This document shows positions 34,123 to 43,391 of a DNA stretch of 64,000 nt, piece after piece. The DNA lies in assembly GCA_963807635.1 (NCBI GenBank), contig CAWEDJ010000067.1, positions 1 through 64,000 of the forward strand, written 5' to 3'. The notes beneath the pieces are model-generated. The model searched no databases. It worked only from the letters and a program-made list of their open reading frames with translations, and was not told the origin of the DNA. Every line of letters starts with the position of its first letter. Position 1 is the stretch's first letter. The position numbers were made by a program, and so were the translations under genes. This DNA is from an uncultured cyanobacterium (GTDB lineage: Bacteria > Cyanobacteriota > Cyanobacteriia > Cyanobacteriales > Microcystaceae).

Positions 34123-34467
34123 ATGAAAAATTTAATCCCAGGAACGATCGCGGCTTTTGTATTAGCCTCTGTCAGTTTTGGTCTCGTCACTCAGCCTGCC
34201 TCTGCGGAAACCGTCAAGGGGATGGCGCAGAAGGGAGGGGCAAATTGCAAAATGAAAGCGGTAGATCAATTCAGTGTCCCGATGTCGGATGTGAGTGTCT
34301 CCTTGGGAGCAACCCTACAGGAGTCCATCGATAAGGGTGACATCACTTTAAATGACATCAAAAAGGATGGTTTAAGTTTTAATTGGGTGGTCACACGGGA
34401 CGGCAAAAAAATGGAAGGTTATTGTAATACCAACGGAAAAGGCAAGGTTACTGAATTTAGACAGTAA
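34123..34467 (+). CDS. Small secreted protein with two cysteines
   Basis: AGGA RBS; Sec signal ending QPASA; ANCKMKA...EGYCNT. Confidence 0.8.
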   Translation: MKNLIPGTIAAFVLASVSFGLVTQPASAETVKGMAQKGGANCKMKAVDQFSVPMSDVSVSLGATLQESIDKGDITLNDIKKDGLSFNWVVTRDGKKMEGYCNTNGKGKVTEFRQ

Positions 34468-34562
34468 TATTCTGCTTTTTTAAAGCCAAAATTATAGTCT
34501 GGGAAGAGGATTAAAATTAAAACTCGTCCCATTTTTTATTAAATTGTGTGAGGAGCGAATTA

Positions 34563-36409
34563 ATGAAAAGTTTACTGATCAAAACCTTAAAAATATTTCC
34601 CCTAATCCTGGGCGGTTTTGGACTCATATTACCCGCCGCGATGTCGCAGACACACTTCGCGATCGCTGATGAATTATCGTCCCCAACGCCTGAAGTTCTA
34701 ACGGAAAAAGATCCTACCAACATAATGTTATCAACCCCTGAAGTTGATCCCTCCGCCAATCAACTTTTGCAACAAATTCAACGGCTAAGACAACCCAAAG
34801 GTTTTCAAGTTACGAATAATGATTTATCCCAGGTTACAGATGTAAACCAATTGCGGGATGTGGAGCCGACTGCTTGGTGTACGAAGCTCTCAAAAGTTTG
34901 GTGGAACGCTATGGCTGTATTGTGGGCTATCCCGATCGCACCTTTAGGGGAAATCGAGCGTTATCTCGTTGGGAATTTGCGGCGGGCTTAAATGCCTGTA
35001 TGAATACAATGGAGCGACTGCTTCAGGAAAATGTAGCAGTGTTACGGGAAGATTTAGATAAATTAAAACGATTAGCTCAGGATTTTGAAGTAGAATTAGC
35101 CGCAATGGGAGTAAGGGTAGATAACCTCGAAAGTCGGGTTTCCTATCTCGAAGATCATCAATTTTCTACGACGACTAAATTATTTGGAGTCGCGACCATG
35201 TATGTGGCAGGGGTGGCAGGAAATAGAACTGCAACGAGTAATATTATTACGGATCAAGGGAGAAAAACGCTCCGTCCTTCTGAACAGATACAACGTCAGG
35301 CAACCCTTCAATATTCCAGTTTATTATCCTTAACGACAAGTTTTAGTGGAACTGATAGTTTATCGGTTGATTTGTGGACAAGTAATTTAACCCCCTTTAG
35401 TTCTTCCCTCGCAGGTTTTACGACTAATGTGACGGGAAGTTATATGAGTCGTTTGTCCTTTGATGCACCGCCTTATAATAATAGTTTAGCGATCGCAGAT
35501 TTGATTTACAAATTCCGTCCCTTTGAGAATCTGTCTGTATTTATTGATGCCGTTGGTGGAGAAGTTTCAGGAGAATTATTAACATCAACTCAACCTTTTG
35601 CCATCTTTGCACCCTATACGGTTTCTATTAGCCGTTTCGGTCGTTTTGACCCCATTTATTATCAAACCTTAGCCCGCCCAGGGGTTGCCGCTAACTACAA
35701 ATTTAGTGATCAATTATCTTTAGGAGCAGGGTTCTATGGAGACTTTGATAATGGAAATCCCAAAACAGGTTTTTTCAACGGCGGTAATGCGGCGATCGCC
35801 CAGTTAGCCTATTTTCCCACCGACACCCTGGGCATGACCCTGGTTTATGTCCGTTCCTATAATCCTGCGGGGCCAGGGGTTGCCGTATCAGGTCAAACGG
35901 GCAGTTTGTACGCCGATCAACCCTTTGGAACGAGTTTCCTTCCCCCTGGGGCTTTTGGCAATCCCAATCCTGCTCCTGCTTCCATTGCCACTTCTGCTGA
36001 TCACACGACCTTTGGTTTTGGTTGGCGAGCATTGCCGGAATTAGCCTTTACAGGAGATATCGGTTTTGCTTTTGCCCACGCAGAACAAGCGAACCCCGCT
36101 TTTAATGTCAATGCTGGGGATAGTGCTACCATTTTTGAATGGAATTTTGGTCTATCTTTAATTGATTTATTTGGGCAAGGAAATGTCGGTTCTTTGATGA
36201 TTGGAAATCCCTATCGTGTGATTAGTCAAAGTAGTAGTGGTTTACGACCTGAAGGCGATACGACTTGGCATATTGAAGCGGCCTATAAATACAATCTCAA
36301 CAATAATATTTCGGTGCAACCAGGTTTTTTAGTGGTTATTCATCCTGAAAATAATAACAGTAATCCTCCTATTTGGATTTGGCAATTGAAAACCTCCTAT
36401 TTCTTTTAG
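34563..36409 (+). CDS. SLH-domain/OprB-type cyanobacterial outer-membrane porin (frameshift near 34876)
   Basis: SQVTDVNQLRDVEPTAW/YEALKSLVERYGCIVGYPDRTFRGNRALSRWEFAAGLNAC, QFSTTTKL, terminal Phe. Confidence 0.92.
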
Positions 36410-36490
36410 CAGTAGTTCTTAAATTTGAGGACTTAGAGACCAAGCCCCTAGCCAATTTCATTTTTACCTATTTTCTATCAACTATTCACT

Positions 36491-37476
36491 ATGAGCCAAA
36501 ACAATCATCCTTCCGAACCCCAAAATACAGAAGAAAAAACCAATGCTTCTCGTCGTAAATTTCTGCAAAATGTCGGATTAGCGGGATTGTCCGCAGGAGC
36601 CGCAACGGTAGCAGGTCAAGGGCTTTTAGAAGATGTCAGTGCTGAAACCCCCGTTAAAGATGTCGTCACTCCCGACGAATCGCGGGCCATGCACGGAGGT
36701 TCCCCTGTTGCAGACACGACCTTTAAAACTCCCGAAGGTAGTACAGAAGTCGTGCTTCCCCCGTTAAAAGAACGAGTGCTGGCCATTAAACAATTACTGA
36801 TTGAGAAAAAAATTGTCAGCGAAGAAGGAGTCCAAGGCTTTGTCAACTATTACGAAAAAGTGGTTGGCCCTCACTTCGGAGCCGCCGTTGTTGCCCATGC
36901 CTGGAAAAATCCTGACTGGAAAGCCAAACTATTAGCTCCACCAGCAGATAAACCTTTTCAAGCGGCCATTTTGATTCGAGATTTTTTATTTAACACGGTT
37001 AACCCTGATACGGGAAAACCCTATCTCAGTGATCAAATTACCTTTGGTCTAACGATTGGCCCGAAGGCGAATATATCCGTATTTTTGCCAACGGAGAACA
37101 GCAAGAAAATGGCAAAACTATCTTTGTTCATAATCTTGTTACTTGTACGGTTTGTTCCTGTTATCCTCAAGCCCTTTTAGGAACTCAGCCTATGTGGTAC
37201 AAATCCCAACAATACCGCGCTCGCAGTGTGTCCGATCCCTTTGGCGTATTGGTAGAATTTGCAGAAGATGCCCATAAAGGTAAAGCGGATCATTTGAAAC
37301 AATTTAAAGATTACACTGCTAAAATTGATGAGTTACGGGTTTGGGATTCTAACTCAGAAGTTCGTTTTTTTGTCATTCCAGAAATGCCGAAAGCCTGGGC
37401 AAATTTAAGTGAAAATGAATTGCGAAAACGGGTAACACGCAATGCCATGTTAGGAGCAGAAATTCTTTACAGTTAA
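36491..37476 (+). CDS. nthA: Nitrile hydratase alpha-like subunit with Tat signal (~328 aa after correcting a 1-nt deletion near 37060)
   Basis: GPHFGAAVVAHAWKNPDWK; frame-1 HNLVTCTVCSCYPQALLGTQPMWYKSQQYRAR; RVWDSNSEVRF; N-terminal SRRKFLQ. Confidence 0.9.
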
Positions 37477-37508
37477 CTTTTTGATTCACCATTTAAGGAG
37501 CAACAATT

Positions 37509-38331
37509 ATGGAAGGGCCACACTACAACGCAGGCTGGACGGGCTACGGCAAAATTCCCTTTAAAGATCAACCCGACAATCAAGCCTGGTTAGAAGAATG
37601 GGAAGGCCAACTGGGCGCGATGTTTGCGACGTTGAGTACCGTTTTTGAAAAGGGTTTAAAACCAGGTCAACCTGTTCCTTTTTGGGGCTTAGATGCGGCT
37701 CGTTGGGGTCGGGAAACCATGAATCCCCGCGATTACATGAATCGTAACTACGATGCTTTATGGTTGGAAACGTTATGTCTTTTAATCACAATGTATGGCG
37801 ATAAATTAGGCGTTTCTGTTGCCGAAATGGAAGCCCGAAAAATTACGACAGCTCCTGCCCAAAAACGTGCTAAAGCTATTCGAGATCAAGCTTTCAAAAA
37901 AGCTGTACCCTGGGGTGGGTCGTCCTGATGCAAAAGGATTATATCAATCGGAACAATATGATCCTGCGAAGGTGGGTTCTATTGAGGCTATTGGGGCTAA
38001 AGCTAAATTTAAAGTGGGCGATCGCGTGCAGTGTATTAATCAACTTTCCACAGGACATACCAGGGAATATCCCTATTTTCGTGGCAAAGTTGGGACAATT
38101 GTTGCGTACTACGGTTTAGCAGAAGAAAAACGCAACGAGAAAGGACAAATTGAATTTCAAGGAGTTTACTATGCTCCCTATCCTGATATTGCTTGTCGCG
38201 GTTTACAAAAGTTCTATACGCCTTTGTATAGCGTGCGCTTTGAAGGAAAAGATCTTTGGGGAGAAGAGTTTGTTGATCAGCGATCGGTTATCTATGCGGA
38301 TGTTTTTGAACCTTATGTGAAATTAGTCTAA
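37509..38331 (+). CDS. nthB: Nitrile hydratase beta-like subunit (~273 aa after removing one A from the run at 37896-37901)
   Basis: AAGGAG RBS; MEGPH..GYGKIP..EWE, LDAARWGRETMNPRDY..W, FKVGDRV..GHTREYPYFRGKVG and LYSVRF..DLWG..FEPY motifs. Confidence 0.88.
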
Positions 38332-38345
38332 TTAATGCAATCTCT

Positions 38346-38368
38346 GGGCGTAAGCCTTACGCCCCTAC
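38346..38368 (-). repeat. GTAG-type REP palindrome inside the NHase operon
   Basis: GGGCGTAAG-C-CTTACGCCC plus CTAC; identical to 5714-5736. Confidence 0.8.
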
Positions 38369-38399
38369 ACAATCAACTAATCAAGCTTTTTAAAAAATT

Positions 38400-38899
38400 A
38401 TGACAATTCTCGATCCGATTCTGGAAGAATTAACCCAAGAACCGATTCCCCCTTTATTGAAAGATGATGGCAACCCATTTTTCGAGATTCCTGGGAAGCT
38501 GAAGCTTTTGCGATCGGCAATTTGTTAATTAAACAAGGCTTTCTTTCCTGTTTAGAATGGGTGAATATTTTCAGTGAAGAAATTAAAAAAGCTCAAGTTC
38601 AGGGTGATCCCGATCGCGGCGATACCTACTATAGTCACTGGTTAAATGCCCTAGAAAGAGTATGTATCGAACGGGGTTTAACGGACTGGGAAACTTATCA
38701 GAAACAACTACAACTCTGGCATCAAGTGGTTTTAAATACGCCTCATGGTGTTCCCCTGGCGATCGAAAATGCCTATTTAGAAACCGACGATCACCACCCT
38801 CATCATGATCATTCCCATCATCACGGGCATCATCATCACCATCATTCAGACAAATTACCTGAAAATATGCTCAAACCTGTGGCAGTCTTCAAGCGGTAA
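38400..38899 (+). CDS. Nitrile hydratase accessory/activator protein with His-rich tail (~166 aa; frameshift near 38475)
   Basis: Corrected reading DGNPIFRDSWEAEAFA, EW, YYSHWLNALE, NTPHGVP; tail HHPHHDHSHHHGHHHHHH. Confidence 0.87.
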
Positions 38900-39026
38900 A
38901 AATGATGGATTTCCTATAGTCACGGTTATTTTTGTTACAAAATCTCGTTGAATTGATTGATTATAATCACGAACGTGAGGTAACTCTCTCAAGTTTTTCC
39001 TTGACTAAACTTTTTTGAGCTTTTTT

Positions 39027-39491
39027 ATGGATTGTCGTCACATTCAGTTTTCTGTTGATAAAAACCTAATTGACTTGGGCCAACTACAATCTCTTTTTAA
39101 TGTGTCTGCTTTTTGGGCAAAGGATAGAAGTCTCCAGTCCCTCGAAATTGCGATCGCCCATAGTGAGCCTGTGGTAAGTGTGTGGGATCATTCCTGTCTG
39201 ATAGGATTTGCGAGGGCTACCTCTGACGGTATTTATCGAGCGACAATCTGGGATGTGGTCATCCATCCCGACTACCAAGGAGCAGGGTTAGGACGAAAAC
39301 TGGTACAAACGGTTTTAGCCCATCCCCATATCAATCGAGTCGAAAAAGTTTACCTAATGACCACGAACGAGCAGAATTTTTATAGCCGCATTGGTTTTGA
39401 GGAAAATCAGACCACCACAATGGTCATTAATCTTCAGCAAGGTTTGATCCAGCAGGAGTTGCTAATTGCAACACACCCTGTATCTGTGTAA
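39027..39491 (+). CDS. GNAT N-acetyltransferase (Ycf52-like)
   Basis: GFARATSDG, WDVVIHPDYQGAGLG and FYSRIGF motifs. Confidence 0.88.
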   Translation: MDCRHIQFSVDKNLIDLGQLQSLFNVSAFWAKDRSLQSLEIAIAHSEPVVSVWDHSCLIGFARATSDGIYRATIWDVVIHPDYQGAGLGRKLVQTVLAHPHINRVEKVYLMTTNEQNFYSRIGFEENQTTTMVINLQQGLIQQELLIATHPVSV

Positions 39492-40245
39492 TCGTTTCCG
39501 TTGAATTCGCTTTATTGATAGATGAAAGAATCAGTTCACCGCCCATTTTTTGGAAGAGGATCTGGGCTAATAGGAATTTCATTTTAGGAGAATGATGGAG
39601 ATTTTCACTAAATTTTTTCCATTGTTCTATATTCTTTGTTTGGGTATCCAGGGGAGAATCAGGATCTTTTTGCCAACTTTCTAAGGGACAGGGAATATCT
39701 AGATCAATATGGGCTAAATTCTCCGTTTTATTGCCTTTAATGCTGACTTGAATCGATCCTTTAGTCATTTCTCGGATTCCCGTATCGATCAACATGACAA
39801 GGGTTTGTAAGAGGCGACCTTGATCGACTAAAACGTTAACAGGTGCAGAATCGGGAGTAATAACGACTTTTAAATTACGATTAGCAGATTGTAGCTTTGT
39901 AAGAGACTCTAATTCAAAACAAATTGAATTCAAATCAATAGGTTCCAGATTAAATGGCACTGCCCCGTAATCTAGTTTGGAAACTAGGATCAATTCATCA
40001 ATCATTTCCAATAATTTTTGGGCAGATTGATAGGCGTGTTCTAAAAATTGTTTTTCTTCTTCAGGATTTTCACAAAAATCAAATAAAATCAACTGATGTA
40101 AACTAATTAAGCTACTCAAGGGCGATCGCAACTCATGGGCGGCTCTTCCCAAAAAACCTGTTTTAAGTTGATTGATTTCCTGGGCCATTTGATAGGCGAT
40201 TTTGGTATTTTCTAATTCTGTGGTTAGTTGTTCAATATCACTCAT
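39427..40245 (-). CDS. Sensor-less histidine kinase-like protein (HisKA plus degenerate HATPase)
   Basis: HELRSPL H-box; no recognisable N or G boxes. Confidence 0.75.
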   Translation of the reverse strand: MSDIEQLTTELENTKIAYQMAQEINQLKTGFLGRAAHELRSPLSSLISLHQLILFDFCENPEEEKQFLEHAYQSAQKLLEMIDELILVSKLDYGAVPFNLEPIDLNSICFELESLTKLQSANRNLKVVITPDSAPVNVLVDQGRLLQTLVMLIDTGIREMTKGSIQVSIKGNKTENLAHIDLDIPCPLESWQKDPDSPLDTQTKNIEQWKKFSENLHHSPKMKFLLAQILFQKMGGELILSSINKANSTETITQIQGVLQLATPAGSNLAED

Positions 40246-40857
40246 GAATTTGTTGAAAAGTTTTTAAATTATTGACTTGAAAAGTAACGCAACCGACACG
40301 TAAAGTTTTCCACCCGTGACCCGTCCATTGAATGACTGTTGAGGGTTTCCCGATCGCCTGAACGTCCTCTAAATTATCACAATTCAGGGTTGCTACGTCA
40401 GGAAAAACCTGAGCGATCGCTGACATTTGCATTAGGGGAGGTTGTCCCGACAGATTTGCGCTAGTTGTTGCTAACGGGCCAGTTTGAGCCAGGATGTCTA
40501 GGGCGATCGCAGAATCAGGAATGCGAATACCAATGGTTCCAGAATTCAGGGGATTCATCTCAGCAGGAACTTTCTCAGAAGCAGGTAAAACCAAGGTTAA
40601 TTGCCCTGGCCAATAATCTTCGGCGATCGCTTGCCAAATCCCTCTTTCCTCCTGTGTCCCCAGAACATAATCCCAAATTTCATTCACCGTTGCCGCCATT
40701 AAAATTAACGGTTTATCGGTCGCTCTTTGTTTGAGGTCAAAAATCAAATCGGCCTTTTGGGGTAAAACAGCTAAACCAGGCACCGTATCCGTCGGGAAGC
40801 TCACCACTTCCCCGCGATCGCCTTTTGAATTAATTCAGCTTGAGTAACTAAGGGCAT
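40238..40857 (-). CDS. tsaC: L-threonylcarbamoyladenylate synthase (frameshift near 40812)
   Basis: FPTDTVPG, KQR..DKPL, WPGQLT, GIRIP and TSANLSG motifs. Confidence 0.9.
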
Positions 40858-40875
40858 GGGAGAAATCTTTTAAAT

Positions 40876-41764
40876 TCAATAGGCCACAACAAAACGTTCG
40901 ATACCTGCTAAATCCTTTAAAAGTTGAATACCTTGATATTGTCCCTGATTTTCTAATAATTCGGCAACCCCAGGGAGCCTGACCTGCCATGATTTCCACT
41001 AGCCACAATCCCCCCGCAACCAGATAATCAGGAGCCGTTTCTACCAAATGACGAATGGCGACTAAACCATTTTCTCCGCCATCCAGGGCTAAATGGGGTT
41101 CATGCTGAGTGACTTCGGGTTGCAGGCCCGCAATCATTGAACTAGGGATATAGGGCGGATTAGAAATCATTCCCTGAATCTGTCCTTGGAAATGGGCCAA
41201 CGGTGTCCACCAAGAGCCAGAAAAAAACTCGATGCGATCGCCTAACCCATAACTTTGGGCATTTTCCTGGGCGATCGCCAAAGCGTCTAAACTGGTATCC
41301 ACCGCAAAAATCCTTGCTTCGGGAAAACAACGGGCTAATCCCAAGGCGATCGCGCCGCTTCCTGTGCCTAAATCCACCCAATTTCCCTGATTAAGCTGGG
41401 GATTAATCACTTTCTCCTGAGAGAGCCAATCAATGATTAATTCGGTTTCAGGACGGGGAATCAAAACGGCAGGGGATACTTTCAAAACAAAATCACGCCA
41501 AGGAGAAAGACCCGCCAGATATTGAATGGGACAGTTTTCCGTGAGACGGGTTTGCCATCGCTCGTTTAGAACTGACCAGGATTGGGGAATAGGAATCTGC
41601 GATCGCGACTCAAAAGAACCCAGACGGAGGGAAAGTTTATCCACATCCGTCCAAATTTGCAAGAGCCAGTCCACCTCATCAGGGGAGATTTCCTGCGCGA
41701 TCGCCGCTTGTCTTGCTTGTTTGCGCCAGACAGCCAATTCTTGACCAGAAACCCAAAAGGACAC
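40876..41764 (-). CDS. prmC: Release factor glutamine methyltransferase (frameshift near 40972)
   Basis: LIPRPETE, DLGTGSG, NPPY and ALDGG motifs. Confidence 0.95.
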
Positions 41765-41781
41765 TTTCGTCTTGCCAATAA

Positions 41782-42563
41782 TTACTTAGGGGGTTTGTTA
41801 TTGGCAGGAGCCGCAGGTTTGGCATTACTCGCCCCAGGAGCTTGGTTAGACTGTCCCTTAATCGCGGTTTGGATAAATTTTAAGGATTCTTCCGTGGGAA
41901 CTAAACGAATACTCTTGAGCATTTTATCGTCACTGCTTTGTAAAGTACCCATCACATTTTCCAGGGCAATGACATCAATTTTGATGGTAGAAGCGAGTTC
42001 GGGCTTATCCTTTTTAAAGCGATCCACCATTTCTTGAATTTGCTTTTCTTCAAAGAAAAAGGGAATAATTTGTTCATTATTTTGCTGGATAGTCAAATAG
42101 CCCTGTTCTTTACCACCACGAGCCACATACAAGGGAACGCCCCCCTGATATTTTTGACCGCCGCCGTGAGTAACTTAGTCGCAATCGCCACTTCCGTCGG
42201 AACGGGAACATAGGCAAAATTGAGGGCATCAGTTTTCCCCGCATTCGCGATCGCCAACTTGTAAACTTCCCCCAAAGAAACAGGCTGAACCGTTACCTTA
42301 CTTGCAATATCAGGTTTATCTTTCTTTAATTGTTGAAAAAACTTTTGTGCTTCCTGTTGACTCACAAAAATTCCCGTCACCTTTTTATTGTTATCAATGG
42401 CAACCAGAGGCGCACCCTGGGCATCGGCAATGGTAAAAACGGGAATTCCTTGCAAAAGCTTGACAACTTCTTCCGTCGGCAGAGCCAACACCTTTAAAGT
42501 TTGTCCTACTAAAGTCGTTAATACCGCTCCACCGACCAGACCCCAACGGATAAATGAATTCAT
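41782..42563 (-). CDS. tic22: Tic22-like periplasmic chaperone (frameshift near 42150)
   Basis: L.GIPVFTIAD..GAPL, VSLGEVY, GVPLY, IPFFF and IRLVP motifs. Confidence 0.85.
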
Positions 42564-43117
42564 GCTTTAAAAACCTCGGACAAATAATTTAGGTACTGTG
42601 AACAAAAAAACAAACGAGAGACTCCCCACCGTTTACGACAGCAAACGCGATTAACAGTGTATCGCAATCAACTCAATTTTTAAGACTCTTTAGTTTAGCT
42701 TAAGGAAACTCCGCTCGTTGGATATAGGTCAGTTGACCCAGACAACAAACAAAATTTTTTAAAATTTACTTTCCCAGATGAATTAATCAAAGACTGTAGA
42801 CGAATCTTTTTAAAAAAGGTTCCTCATGGTCTTTATCCTAACCCTAAGCAATTCAAGATCAAGGGATAATTTGGTAGGTTAAAAAACTGTCACTTTTCGG
42901 ATGAATTCTTCGGAATTGAAGCTAGTTTAATTAACAGATACCCTCTAGGTCTATTGGAGATTTTGGGGGTTTTGGGACTATGGCAAGCTGATTGAAAAGC
43001 CCAAATGTTGATTTTTAAAGAAAAATGAGCGATTCAATGGGAATTATCGACAAGAATTGACAAAAAAGAGCTTGTAAAATACCTTTTTTCTAAAATAAAT
43101 CCCATATTTCTGGGTAA

Positions 43118-43336
43118 ATGTCTCTTTTCGTTGAAGTTGGAACTTTCAATTTTCTATCATTCGGATCGATAATAGAGATAGGGAAGTCAGACGAAAAATA
43201 TGCCGATTCCCTGAGAGGGTATATGTTTAGCACCTTTTTCTATCCCTATTCCTGGACTTATTTGTTAGTTAAGATCGTGGTTTTAGCGATCGCGCTCTTG
43301 CTTTGGTTCATGATGACCACTGCTCCCGTCATCTAA
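43118..43336 (+). CDS. Small hypothetical membrane protein
   Basis: 72-aa ORF with hydrophobic C-terminus; start uncertain. Confidence 0.35.
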   Translation: MSLFVEVGTFNFLSFGSIIEIGKSDEKYADSLRGYMFSTFFYPYSWTYLLVKIVVLAIALLLWFMMTTAPVI

Positions 43337-43391
43337 ATCACGTTGAATTTAGCTTCAGACAACGGGCAAGATTCTTGGATCGCAACTTTTT

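Noticed and set aside
36491..37476. Nitrile-hydratase-like leader peptide (NHLP/proteusin) RiPP precursor
   Set aside because: It has the full CxxCSC metal site plus beta and accessory partners, and there is no YcaO, LanM or peptidase transporter nearby.
37928..38119. 63-aa ORF translationally coupled (TGATG) to the beta N-terminal half
   Set aside because: It is in the wrong frame; the conserved beta C-terminal motifs are in frame 1 over the same bases.
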